DNA of 64,000 nt from the NCBI GenBank assembly GCA_963702095.1, contig OY969706.1, positions 960,001 through 1,024,000 of the forward strand, in the 5' to 3' direction. Below are positions 48,355 through 58,472 of the stretch, in pieces. Within the stretch, counting starts at the first letter, position 1; each line of letters begins with the position of its first letter. The notes under the pieces were generated by a model. The model saw only the letters and a list, made by a program, of their open reading frames with translations. It did no database searches and was not told the origin of the DNA. The position numbers were made by a program, and so were the translations under genes. The DNA comes from Candidatus Bathyarchaeota archaeon (lineage in GTDB: Archaea > Thermoproteota > Bathyarchaeia > Bathyarchaeales > Bathycorpusculaceae).

Positions 48355-48469
48355 CTGAAGAGAAATTGTGCCATTGTGGCATATTAGTTTTGCTTTTTTG
48401 AATCCGTCTGCTTGGGTTATGGATTGCTTTATTAGGTACAGTCACCTCAACCAAATAGGAAGCTTTTCA

Positions 48470-48706
48470 ATGGTTAACCGCTTAACTGCCGTTTTGAGAG
48501 TAATTGGCGAAACCGCTTTCCTATTCGGATTGCTAGCATGGGCTTACGGGATTCTTATTCAGGTCACCCATCCTGAATGGTTGCCCCTTGGTCTTTCCCA
48601 CCTCATACCCTGGATTAGAGTGGATACGTTTACCATCCTTTCTTTTGTTATCGCCGCAGCCGGGTTTGTAGTTTGGAGGTTAACACGAGAGGTATATCGC
48701 GCTTAA
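48470..48706 (+). CDS. small two-TM membrane protein
   Basis: 78 aa, MVNRLTAVLRVIGE...; two hydrophobic helices. Confidence 0.65.
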   Translation: MVNRLTAVLRVIGETAFLFGLLAWAYGILIQVTHPEWLPLGLSHLIPWIRVDTFTILSFVIAAAGFVVWRLTREVYRA

Positions 48707-48796
48707 CTGCCTTACTGGCTGCAAAAAACGTTTTTTGTACACTTTTTTTGCGCTAACCTTTTTTAGAAAATAAACCATTTGATTCCATTGATTGAA

Positions 48797-50032
48797 ATGA
48801 CTACCTGCACTTCAGCCTTATCCTTAGACGCCCACGTATACCTGCACGACATTGAAAAAGCCGATATCCTAATCGGAATACCCAGCTTCAACAATGTCCT
48901 CACCGCAAGTTACGTGCTCTCTCAAGTCACCAAAGGCTTGGACCAGTATTTCCCAGACCACCGCTCCGTCATTTTTGTCTCTGATGGAAACTCCAAAGAT
49001 GACACCCTCAACTCCGTTAAAAGGGTCAATTTGCCCTCGCAGGTCAAACTGATACCCGCCATTTACATGGGAATATCGGGCAAGGGCTGTGCAGTGCGAG
49101 CTATCTTTGAAGCTGCCAGCCACCTCGGCGTCAAAAGTGTAGCATTGGTCGATTCAGATTTACGCAGCATAACCCCCGAGTGGATAAACCTCCTCGTGTC
49201 CCCAACCTTGGCTGGAACGGGCTTTGTTGCGCCCTACTATAACCGCCGCAAATACGACGGCACAATAACAAACTTCCTATGTTACCCCATAACTGCAAGC
49301 TTGTTCGGCAAAAACATCAGGCAACCCATAGGCGGAGACTTCGGATTATCCATCGAGTTAGTTGAGGACCTGTTGGCTTCCTCTATGTGGGAGCTACCCG
49401 ACGTTAACCGCTTCGGCATCGACATTTTCGAAACAACCACCGCGCTTGCACATGGATACGAAGTTAAGCAGGCTTATCTTGGAATCAAAGAACATGACGC
49501 TAAAGACCCATCCAGTCAACTCGCGTCCATGTTCCGCCAAGTCATGAATACCTTGTTCACTTCCATCGAGCGGTATGAGGCTGTTTGGCGCAAAATTGAG
49601 GGCTACTCTGTAACAGAGATGGTTGGCGAGCCAAAGGATGAGGAAACACCGCAGCCAATCCAAGTTTCATTACCAAACACCATAGCGGCGTTCAAAGCAA
49701 ACTATGACACGTTTAGCTCGATCTACAAGAGATGCCTAAGAGCGGAAGTCATAGCTAAATTTGACGCACTAAGAAAAATCGAAGAGGTTGACGTCGACTT
49801 CTCCTCTGACGTTTGGGCTGAAACCGTCTACTCCTTTATTGCCGAGTATCATCATGCGCCTTTTGACCAAAGAGAAAAATTGATTGATGCGTTGCGGGTT
49901 CTTTGGATTGGGCGGGTTGCAGTTTTCCTGAAGCAAACGTGGAATGAGTCAAGGGAGATGGCTGAATCAAGAATCCTTGAGGAAGTACAGGTTTTCAGAG
50001 AGCTCAGGCATCAATTAATCGAGAAGTATTAA
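48797..50032 (+). CDS. GT2 glycosyltransferase, glucosylglycerate synthase (Ggs)-like
   Basis: IGIPSFNN, SDGNSKD, SGKG, VDSDLRSITPEW, YDGTITN and IRQPIGGDF. Confidence 0.75.
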   Translation: MTTCTSALSLDAHVYLHDIEKADILIGIPSFNNVLTASYVLSQVTKGLDQYFPDHRSVIFVSDGNSKDDTLNSVKRVNLPSQVKLIPAIYMGISGKGCAVRAIFEAASHLGVKSVALVDSDLRSITPEWINLLVSPTLAGTGFVAPYYNRRKYDGTITNFLCYPITASLFGKNIRQPIGGDFGLSIELVEDLLASSMWELPDVNRFGIDIFETTTALAHGYEVKQAYLGIKEHDAKDPSSQLASMFRQVMNTLFTSIERYEAVWRKIEGYSVTEMVGEPKDEETPQPIQVSLPNTIAAFKANYDTFSSIYKRCLRAEVIAKFDALRKIEEVDVDFSSDVWAETVYSFIAEYHHAPFDQREKLIDALRVLWIGRVAVFLKQTWNESREMAESRILEEVQVFRELRHQLIEKY

Positions 50033-50040
50033 CGCTTACC

Positions 50041-50808
50041 CTACTTGTATGATAGAGTTTGAGTTACTGAAACAATTTCCTTCCAAACCGCCACCCGTTT
50101 AGCTGCACGATCAATGTAGAAAGGCTTATCCACCTTTTCTAGCATGGGCAAATCGTTTGGGCCATCGCCGACGCCGACCGTGCAGACATCGCCAAATTGC
50201 TGCCTATACAACTCTTTTAGAATTGCCACTGCCTTGCCTTTGTCTGTGTTGCCCAAGGCGTGGAAATATCGTCCACCCAAAGTGTAGCATAGACCCTCAT
50301 TGCTTAATGCCTGCAGAACCTCCTGTTTGTTTCCGCTTAATATTTTGAAGGGTTCACTGTACTCTCTTTCTTTAGCAAGCTTCGCCTCAGCCAACGGCAG
50401 ACCATTATCAGCGGCTACTTCCTCCACGGTCATGTCTGCGAATCCGATGATGTTTGCTCCGGTTTGGAGTTTGATGGCTGCCAGTTTTCTGCAGATAACC
50501 CCGTATGGAAGCCCCAGTTCAATTACACAGTTGCCATAGGCTTTCTTGCAAAAATCAAAGCTATGAGAGAAGTAATTTTTAGGAATGATTATGGCTGAGC
50601 CGTTTTCGACGATGTAGGGGGCTGTGAGTTGGAGTTTTTCTCTGTAGAGGTTGATTTCACTTTTTGTTTTGCTGCTGACCAAAACCACTGAGACTTTGCG
50701 GGCAAACAGTTCCCTTAGGCTGGGTTCTATGTCGGTGTACTCATAGTTTGCGTTAAGCAGGCTGCCGTCGAGGTCGCTGAAGATAACAATCTTTCTCTTA
50801 TTGTTCAA
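50041..50808 (-). CDS. gpgP: glucosyl/mannosyl-3-phosphoglycerate phosphatase (HAD IIB)
   Basis: DLDGSLL, SSKT, ENGS, REYSEP, GGRYFH, DKGKA and GDGPND. Confidence 0.8.
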   Translation of the reverse strand: MNNKRKIVIFSDLDGSLLNANYEYTDIEPSLRELFARKVSVVLVSSKTKSEINLYREKLQLTAPYIVENGSAIIIPKNYFSHSFDFCKKAYGNCVIELGLPYGVICRKLAAIKLQTGANIIGFADMTVEEVAADNGLPLAEAKLAKEREYSEPFKILSGNKQEVLQALSNEGLCYTLGGRYFHALGNTDKGKAVAILKELYRQQFGDVCTVGVGDGPNDLPMLEKVDKPFYIDRAAKRVAVWKEIVSVTQTLSYK

Positions 50809-51982
50809 TTGCTTTTTCCCTAAGCCTCTCTCTAATATTGGGCATAGCCGCCATAGTTCTTAACCAATCTGGCAGTTGTGCCCTCACAGGGTTTTCCATG
50901 TATTTTCTGCCCCCTGACATGATAACTGAGCTTAATGAGTCAACGTTTGTTTCTTCCTCATGCCTATCAAAGATTAGTCTGTTGCAGGTAGCATCCGCAT
51001 GGTATTGCCTGATTTTATCTTGCGCTAACCTTCTATATGCAACTTGGAGGCTGGTGAGGAAGGGTTCTGTAACATCGATGTTTTCTGTTTCAGCCAATGT
51101 CCGCAGCAGGGTTACAAAGGTGTCTTCAGCGGTTTTAAGTAAGCCGTTGCCGTCTATGGGTTTATGTCTGTGGTCGTAGACGCCGAGGTCGACTTGACAG
51201 ATGCGTCCGTAAGCCGCATTCCGGTAGACTTCGGAGAGTAAACCCAGTTCAAGCCCCCAATCGCTAGGCACCCTTAGGTGGGTTGCTAGGTCTCCGTAGA
51301 CTGCGATTTCGCCTGCAAGCGGATAACTAAAGGATTGCATGTAAGTTAGGAATTTTGAATACCGAAGTTTCTCCTGCAACACTTCTAGGATTGGATTGAT
51401 GAACAATCGGTGTATGCGCCCATAAAACCGTTTGTTTTCTAGACTAATCCTTGCGTAGTATCCTTTGGCGAAGAAGAAATCAAGTTTCGGCTCAATAACA
51501 GGGTAGAGCATCTTTGTGGGCAACATTTTTGTGTAGGAAACTATGTCGGCGTCATGCATTGCGAATGCAAAAAGGTCTATTGATGCTATCCCCATTGCCA
51601 TCCAGACATCTTTGCCTTTTCCTGAATGCTGGGTAACGTCTAATCCTTTGCTTTTAAGTTCTTCTAGAACCGCAAGCACCTCAGGCTTGTTGCACCATAT
51701 TACTTCGCAGGGGATTTTGAAGCTGCGACTTACTCTTAGGGCTTCCTCGTATTCATGGGGGTCTTTAACTGTTAGGGCAATGTAGACTTTGCTTAAATAA
51801 CGGCACTTATTTATTTCCTCGACGATTTTTGGTAATCCGGGACCGTTGATGTCGCTTCCGAAAATTGGGATTATCAAGCCTGAGGGAAATTTTTCTTTAA
51901 GGCTTAACAGGTTAGTTGATAATTCATCAAAATCCAAAAAGAAATCGTGAATATTAGCAATCTTCCGCTGATCGATATTCAT
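50798..51982 (-). CDS. gpgS: glucosyl-3-phosphoglycerate synthase
   Basis: GKGKDVW, HDADI, KGYYAR, YPLAGE, DWGLE and YDHRHK. Confidence 0.8.
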   Translation of the reverse strand: MNIDQRKIANIHDFFLDFDELSTNLLSLKEKFPSGLIIPIFGSDINGPGLPKIVEEINKCRYLSKVYIALTVKDPHEYEEALRVSRSFKIPCEVIWCNKPEVLAVLEELKSKGLDVTQHSGKGKDVWMAMGIASIDLFAFAMHDADIVSYTKMLPTKMLYPVIEPKLDFFFAKGYYARISLENKRFYGRIHRLFINPILEVLQEKLRYSKFLTYMQSFSYPLAGEIAVYGDLATHLRVPSDWGLELGLLSEVYRNAAYGRICQVDLGVYDHRHKPIDGNGLLKTAEDTFVTLLRTLAETENIDVTEPFLTSLQVAYRRLAQDKIRQYHADATCNRLIFDRHEEETNVDSLSSVIMSGGRKYMENPVRAQLPDWLRTMAAMPNIRERLREKAIEQ

Positions 51983-52112
51983 CGGTTACCACTTAACTAG
52001 TATAGTGCTCGATAATAAAATGTCTTTCAGTCATTTTCTGAATGCCCACACAGGGGTTTCTATCTTTAGTTTTAGTTTGTTTTTGAGGGGCTGGTTGGAA
52101 AGTAAAAAAACA

Positions 52113-52847
52113 TTAAGCGAATCCTGTTTTTTCATCCAGCCAAACCGCCCATTTAGGCTTGTTAAACCCGTTACGTTTGCCAGCCCAGTAACCCCAAACC
52201 GCCCCAAGCACTGGCGCAACCACAACCATAAACACAAAGTACTCAGCCGACCAGAAATACCGAAGCAACGGACGAGCAAACGTAGCCAACACTAACCCCA
52301 CCACAAAGAAAGCCAATGCGAAGCCCAGCCATGCCCCGCCCAACTGGTAAGCTATCCGCATACGCTTCTTCATGCGCTCAGAGCCCAGCGGAGGCGGATT
52401 CACCATCATTTTGTACCCAAAGTAAGACATAGGTAACCATATGGCACAGCCGATAGAAGCCTGAATAAGCCGCGTGTAATCAATCGAGCCTAGAAGGTAA
52501 AACACGACGAAACTTGCCCAAAGCACCACTTGCCCCACCGCCAGCAGCGACCAATAGATTTTTTGGGCTCTGCGTTTGCGGGCTAAGTCGGCTTGAGGTG
52601 GGAAGTTGTGCAGAACTGAGTAGGCGATTTTTCCCTTTTCGGTTAGCTTGTATTGTCCGTCGCTGTTTTTTTCTATGAGGTCGCCTAGCACTTTTAGGTG
52701 GTAGTTTAGCAGTCCAGTGCTGCCTGTTTCGGAGGTTTCGAGCAGTTCCGTGTAGCCGACTGCGCCTTTGGATTCGAGGATGCTGATTATGGTTTGGCGG
52801 TTTGGGTCTTTTAGTATCTTGTAGAGGTTGGATAGGTCGCTGCTCAT
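52113..52847 (-). CDS. ArsR-like wHTH fused to four TM helices (membrane-anchored regulator)
   Basis: ILKDPNRQTII...STGLLNYHLKVLGDLI...YKLTEKG followed by TM helices. Confidence 0.8.
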   Translation of the reverse strand: MSSDLSNLYKILKDPNRQTIISILESKGAVGYTELLETSETGSTGLLNYHLKVLGDLIEKNSDGQYKLTEKGKIAYSVLHNFPPQADLARKRRAQKIYWSLLAVGQVVLWASFVVFYLLGSIDYTRLIQASIGCAIWLPMSYFGYKMMVNPPPLGSERMKKRMRIAYQLGGAWLGFALAFFVVGLVLATFARPLLRYFWSAEYFVFMVVVAPVLGAVWGYWAGKRNGFNKPKWAVWLDEKTGFA

Positions 52848-52915
52848 GTAGCCTACTTTGTTGACGTCGGATTTAGGGTTTTTTGACTGCAAAAATAGTC
52901 AAGGCCAAAAGAGGC

Positions 52916-53043
52916 TTTTTCTAGTGATAGAAAAAGAGAGTATCGCCCTTGCTCTTCTTTTTCCTGTGGGTTGTGTGGGCGACTGCTTTTTTGCGTCGGC
53001 GTCTGGTTCAAGCTGCAGGCGGGTTGTGCAAACCGCCACAAGT
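52916..53043 (-). repeat. dispersed repeat, full divergent copy
   Basis: reverse complement reads CTTGTGG..CAACCCGCCTGCA...AAGAAGAGCAAGGG..CTCTTTTTCTATCACTAGAAAAA. Confidence 0.7.
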
Positions 53044-53302
53044 TCCGACGGGGGCCCTAAGAATGTTAATTGTAAGAATTCAAACCGATTCATAACCGCG
53101 AGGTTGCGTTATCTTGGCTTTTTCTGGGTAATCTGTTTTTGTTTTTAGCCCCTTTATTATTACTTGGAGACCAAAGTCAAGAAGTTCAGTAGGTGGATAC
53201 TCTTTGTATTCTTCCGTTATTGTGCTTTCCTTTGTTGGGGTAATGTTTTTAGGTTCTAGCTCTGTTTTGCTAAAGTCACTATTAACATCGAGATTGATTA
53301 GC

Positions 53303-55762
53303 ATGCAGCCTATGCCTAAAGACTACAACCACACTGAAATAGAAGCTAAATGGCAAGCGAAATGGGAAGAAATGGGCATCTACCACTACGACTGGACCGA
53401 CAAAACCCGCCCAGCCTTCAGCATCGACACCCCGCCGCCGTATCCCTCAGGCGAATTGCACATGGGCAACGTTTTGAATTGGGCGTACTTTGATATGGTG
53501 GCGCGGTTCAAACGCATGCAAGGCTACAACGTGCTGTTTCCGCAGGGTTGGGACTGCCACGGTTTGGGCATAGAAATCCAAGTGGAGAAAGCCCACAACA
53601 TCCGCAAACGCGATTTGCCTCCTGACCAGTTCCGCGGTATGTGTATGGCGTTGGTTGAGAAGTACATTGCTATGATGAAGGAAAGGCCTCCTTAAACTCG
53701 GTGCATCCATCGACTGGACTACCGAGTATAAGACGATGAACCCCGACTACTGGCGTAGGACGCAGTTAAGCTTCATTCTGCTCTATGAGAAGGGCTTCAT
53801 GTATCAGGGCACACACCCCGTTAACTGGTGTCCCCGAGACGAAACAGCCATCGCCGACGCCGAAGTCGACCACATCAAAAAAGAAGGCACGCTGCACTAC
53901 ATCAAGTTCTACTTAGCTGGAAGCGAAGAGTTCCTTTTAATTGCTACTTCACGCCCCGAATTCGTCCCCGCATGCGTCGCGGTCGAAGTCAACCCAAAAG
54001 ATGAACGCTATAGCGAATACATCGGCAGAAAAATCAGTGTGCCACTGATGAACCGGGAAGTCATTATAATCGCTGACGAAGCGGTTGACCCCAAATTCGG
54101 CACTGGAGCGATGCAAATCTGCACGTATGGCGACAAAGAAGACGTGAAAACAGTCATAAAACACAAGCTCCCAGTCATCCGCCTCATCACCCAAAACGGG
54201 CAGATCAGCGAGGCAGGCTGCAAATACGCTGGGTTATACGTTAACCAAGCCCGAGCAGCCATCGTCAAAGACCTTTCAGAAGCTGGTTTGCTTGAGAAAA
54301 GCGAGAAGGTCCAGCAGGAAGTCGGTGTCTGCGACCGCTGCAAGACACTGGTCGAAATCCTTGAGGTTAAACAGTGGTTCATGAAAACCATGGAGTTAAC
54401 CGCCAAGGTTGAGGAGAACGCTAACGCCATACCCTGGTACCCCGATTACATGCGTAATCGCCTCATCGACTGGGCAAAAGCGCTGGATTGGGACTGGGTG
54501 ATTAGCCGCCAACGCCTCTTTGCCACGCCGATTCCGGTGTGGTACTGTCGGGGCTGCGGCGAAGTCGTCGTCGCCAAACCCGATTGGGTGCCCATCGACC
54601 CCAAACTTGAAGGCCCCAAAATCGATGGGTGCCCCAGATGCGGCGGCAAAGACTTCGCGCCCGAACAAGACGTTATGGACACTTGGATGGATAGCTCCAT
54701 CACCTGCGCCGTCCACGCCGGCTGGCCCGACCGCGAGGATTGGCACCGCCTGTTCCCCGCAAGCATGCACCCATCTGGCACAGACATCATCCGCACTTGG
54801 GCATACTACCTCATGGTCCGCCACCTCGCCCTATTCGACGAACGCCCCTTCAACAGCGTGCTTATCAACGGCATGGTTTTGGGTGCAGATGGCAGAAAAA
54901 TGAGTAAGTCCCTGAAAAACTATGCCGCTGCTCCGGAGACGCTTAACAAGTTTGGCGCTGACGCGGTGCGGCAGTGGGCTGCGGGTGGAGGAGCAACGGG
55001 CTCGGACATTCCCTACCGCGTGCAGGACGTGGAGTATGGCCGGCGCTTCTTGGTTAAGCTGTGGAATGCTTCGGGTTTCGCCAGCAACTTGTTGGCAAAC
55101 TATGACCCCAAAGACCAAACTGAGCCCGATTACCAACTCCTTGACAAGTGGATACTGAGCAAAACCGAAGCCATCACCAAGAAAATCACGGAATCCTATG
55201 AGAAATGCCAGTTCAACATAGCCATCGAAGACATCCGCAACTTCACCTGGCACGTCCTATGCGACTACTACTTAGAAGCCATAAAAGACCGCCTCTACCA
55301 ACCCGAAGCCTACGGCAAAGCCAACGTAGCCGCAGCGCAACGCACCCTCTACGAAGTCCTCTACCGCATGCTGCAGCTTCTGGCGCCTGTGGTGCCTCAC
55401 ATGGCTGAGGAAATTTACCAGTACATGTACAAAGACGGAAAAGGTTACCTTAGCATACAGGTTTCAGAGTCGCCAAATTCAACCCTGCCCTAGTGGACGA
55501 GGCGGCGGAGAAGGACGGCGACTTGGTAGCGGCAGTTATGAGTGAAATCCGCCGTGACAAAGCCGAAAACAAAAAACCACTAAACGCCCCCATCAAGAAC
55601 CTCACGGTAAATGCCAAGGCTGAATCAGCCGCAAAGGCAATCCGCCAAGCAGAAGCAGACATCAAAGCCACGCTGAAAATCGAGGCAATCATCATCCAAA
55701 CTGGAGCAGCCGACGGCAGACAAGTAGCCCAATACGAAGTCTACATAAAACCCGAATACTAA
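53303..55762 (+). CDS. valS: valine--tRNA ligase; frameshifts at ~53684 and ~55470
   Basis: DTPPPYPSG.LHMGN, GWDCHG, DWVISRQR, DTWMDSS, DIIRTW and KMSKS. Confidence 0.95.
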
Positions 55763-55771
55763 GGCGATTGT

Positions 55772-56509
55772 ATGGCAAAAAAAGTTGGTTTAATCGGATG
55801 CGGCGCAATCGGCACAGTATTAGCTGAAGCCATTGACCGCAAACTCGTCATCTGCGACTCACTGGTCGTTTTTGACACTGATGCCGCCAAAGCCCAGAAA
55901 CTAAAGGCTTCACTTAAATTTCCAGTGAAAATAGTGGGCAGCATCGACCAACTGCTCGAAGCCAAACCCACTGTGGTTGTGGAAGCAGCGGGGCAACAGG
56001 CCGTTCGCGATTACTACGGACAACTCGTGGACTCAAACGCTGAAATAATCGTGATGAGTACCGGCGCGCTTCTTAGCTTAAACGTGTTGGACCCCAAAAT
56101 CCATTTTCCAGCTGGTGCAATCGGCGGCTTAGACGCGCTAGCCGCTGCAGCCAACGCAGGCATTAACGAAGTCACTTTGACCAGCCGCAAAAACCCCCGG
56201 GCACTAAACAAAACCAGCACCGAAGAAGAGGTTGTTTACGAGGGGACCGCGAAAGAGGCGGCAAGGCTATTTCCAAGGGAAATGAATGTTGCGGCAACCC
56301 TCGCGTTGACAGTTAAGCCGGTGCAGGTAAAAGTCAAAGTCATAAGCGACCCCAAAGTCACACGCAACACACACGAAATCCAAGTCAAATGGCGGTTTGG
56401 CGAGATGAACCTTGAGTTTGCCAATGCCCCCCACCCAGACAACCCACATACAAGCGCATTAGCAGCTTGGGCAGCAATACGGCTGCTACAAACGCTGCTG
56501 ATAAAATAA
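55772..56509 (+). CDS. nadX: L-aspartate dehydrogenase
   Basis: GCGAIG, VEAAG, GAIGGLD, FPREMNVAA and PDNPHTSALAA. Confidence 0.88.
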   Translation: MAKKVGLIGCGAIGTVLAEAIDRKLVICDSLVVFDTDAAKAQKLKASLKFPVKIVGSIDQLLEAKPTVVVEAAGQQAVRDYYGQLVDSNAEIIVMSTGALLSLNVLDPKIHFPAGAIGGLDALAAAANAGINEVTLTSRKNPRALNKTSTEEEVVYEGTAKEAARLFPREMNVAATLALTVKPVQVKVKVISDPKVTRNTHEIQVKWRFGEMNLEFANAPHPDNPHTSALAAWAAIRLLQTLLIK

Positions 56510-56529
56510 TTATTTACGGTTCCAGAAGC

Positions 56530-56785
56530 TCAAAATAGTTTGTTGAATTCTTCCACTGAAAGGTCAACTTCCTTAATGATTGTGCGCAACATTCCTTTAC
56601 CCAGCGGTTTATGAGCGGGAACAACAATTAATGTCTGGTTTTTTCTGCAACCGAACATGGAAATGAACTTTTGGCTGTCAACCAGACGCATTACTATATG
56701 GCTACCTTTCTGATTGCTCAACATACCCGATACCTGCAAGTGCTTTGACTACCCTGTCATAATCAATAACTTTTAACTTAGACAC
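56530..56785 (-). pseudogene. hicA: HicA-family toxin with a frameshift (~56720)
   Basis: VSKLKVIDYDRVVKALAGIGY then shifted QKGSH...VVPAHKPLGKGMLRTII. Confidence 0.6.
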
Positions 56786-57017
56786 TTACTTGCACCGTTT
56801 CAACAGGCACAGGGTCACCATTCGCCTTCAAATCTTCCAGATATGCCTGTATCGCTTCCTTAACATTTTTCATAAGCTCCTGCTTTGTCTTTCCCTCGGT
56901 AGCACACCCAGGCAAATCGGGAACACGTGCAACAAGGACGCGCACTAGCAGCATGGGCAGCGATAAGACTACTGCAGACTTTACTGCAGTAACGCTTTTT
57001 TCTGTTAGCCTACCCAT
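56778..57017 (-). CDS. hicB: HicB-family antitoxin (short form, atypical N-terminus)
   Basis: VPDLPGCATEGKTKQELMKNVKEAIQAYL...GDPVP. Confidence 0.7.
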   Translation of the reverse strand: MGRLTEKSVTAVKSAVVLSLPMLLVRVLVARVPDLPGCATEGKTKQELMKNVKEAIQAYLEDLKANGDPVPVETVQVSV

Positions 57018-57469
57018 TTTTGATAATCATAAAGTTGCAATATAACGGAAAATCCATTAGCGAAGCCTTAGCTAAATTCCGTACTAAGAGCTACCAAGCG
57101 AATGTATATGATTTTAGGAAAAATAATGGCAGGCTCAAGTACTGATATTGCAATTTCTCGATTTTTGACATACTGAGTTTCCAGCCATTTAATGAAAGGA
57201 CTGACTGTACAAGAAGACATTCCTCAAATTCACATTCACGCACCTGAAAAATAACAGCTAAGCCGTAGTGACCCTGATAAAAAGAGGACTCACAACCGAT
57301 AACCCAAGAACTGCCGAAAAGTAATCCCCCAAACCAGCTTATTTTTGAAATTGCCCTTTTTCTTAGGTTTTTTTAACCTGAACTTGCTTATAATCGGGTT
57401 TTGGGTTTTCTGTGAGGTGACGGGCGAACAGATACTGTTTGGGCATTGCTAGTGTACATCCCCCACGGG

Positions 57470-57596
57470 GCTTGAAGAAGACGCCTCAACCAACCTGCAC
57501 CCCGTCCCGCAAGCTAACACAGAAACAGGCGCCGCAGCCAAGGCCTCTGAAAGATGATTAGCAAGGGGCACTCTATCTTCTTCTAATAATAGAAAA
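57470..57596 (+). repeat. dispersed repeat, full divergent copy
   Basis: GCTTG..CGCCTCAACCAACCTGCA...AACACAGAAACAG..CCGC...AGCAAGGGG..TCTTCTTCTAATAATAGAAAA. Confidence 0.75.
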
Positions 57597-57696
57597 AAAA
57601 ACAAACCGCCAACAGAGCCTAAACCAGCATAGACACTCCAAACAGGAAACCAACAGACATTGCCTTGGTCTGCTAACCGGTTCCCAGTGTAGAGGT

Positions 57697-57873
57697 TTAA
57701 GTGACTATTTCTGCGTCAGCGGCACCTGCAGTCAAGTTTGTTATCCTTACTTTCACACGCTCGTCTAGTTTGGCGTTTTTAACAAAGACGGGGTAGTTCT
57801 TGATTTTTGCGACGCCTTCTCCGTTTGGGGCTATATCGAAAATAGTTACTTCAAATTCTTCCCCAATACTCAT
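57697..57873 (-). CDS. single-TRAM-domain RNA-binding protein (not in ORF track)
   Basis: MSIGEEFEVTIFDIAPNGEGVAKIKNYPVFVKNAKLDERVKVRITNLTAGAADAEIVT. Confidence 0.8.
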   Translation of the reverse strand: MSIGEEFEVTIFDIAPNGEGVAKIKNYPVFVKNAKLDERVKVRITNLTAGAADAEIVT

Positions 57874-58003
57874 TGGGTATTGTCCGATTTTTCCTCGGTT
57901 CTTGGCGTTTCTTGGTGCTCGCTTTTTTGGACTAAAGATACATCAGCCTCTTTTCATAATATTGCCTTTTACAAACATAAGGGTTTTGATAGTGACCGAT
58001 CAA

Positions 58004-58252
58004 TTATCGGAACCCCCTGGTTTCATAAATCAACACATGATCGGCTTTAATGTCCATAACTAAGTCGTGCCCCTCAACTATTTTTCTTAAGCCACTAATG
58101 TCTTCTCTAGAAAATACTCCTTTAATGTTTATGCTGTATCCTCTAAACGATGGCTTAGCCTTCTGTGGCAGGAATGTAAATGTGGCTCCGTCTAAACCGG
58201 GGCATCGGTCCACTATTTCCCTCATTAAAATGGCGATTTCTGCTAATAGCAT
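58004..58252 (-). CDS. hypothetical protein
   Basis: 82-aa ORF with plausible alpha/beta composition. Confidence 0.5.
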   Translation of the reverse strand: MLLAEIAILMREIVDRCPGLDGATFTFLPQKAKPSFRGYSINIKGVFSREDISGLRKIVEGHDLVMDIKADHVLIYETRGFR

Positions 58253-58472
58253 AATAGTAAATCAGTATACACTTAATTAAAAAGTTGGCGTGTGGATTGC
58301 TACGTTTGTTGAGTAAAATCTCTTGTTTCTATGATATGAGGGCGATTTAGAGGGCAATGAGTGGATGGGTGTATTGGCTGTAACCCGCTTAGGGCTCAGT
58401 AATCTCTCGGACACTCTTCACACATTTTTAAATCCTACACCCATTTTTTATTGCGGTATAGTTACAAGCTTT

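Noticed and set aside
53670-53700. Programmed ribosomal frameshift in valS
   Set aside because: No canonical slippery heptamer, and similar single-base shifts occur in many unrelated genes, so assembly error is simpler
4533-57596. CRISPR array or integron attC array as the explanation for the repeats
   Set aside because: Copies are dispersed, about 130 nt, degenerate and in both orientations; no regular spacers, cas genes or integrase were seen, and no attC-type extended palindrome was evident
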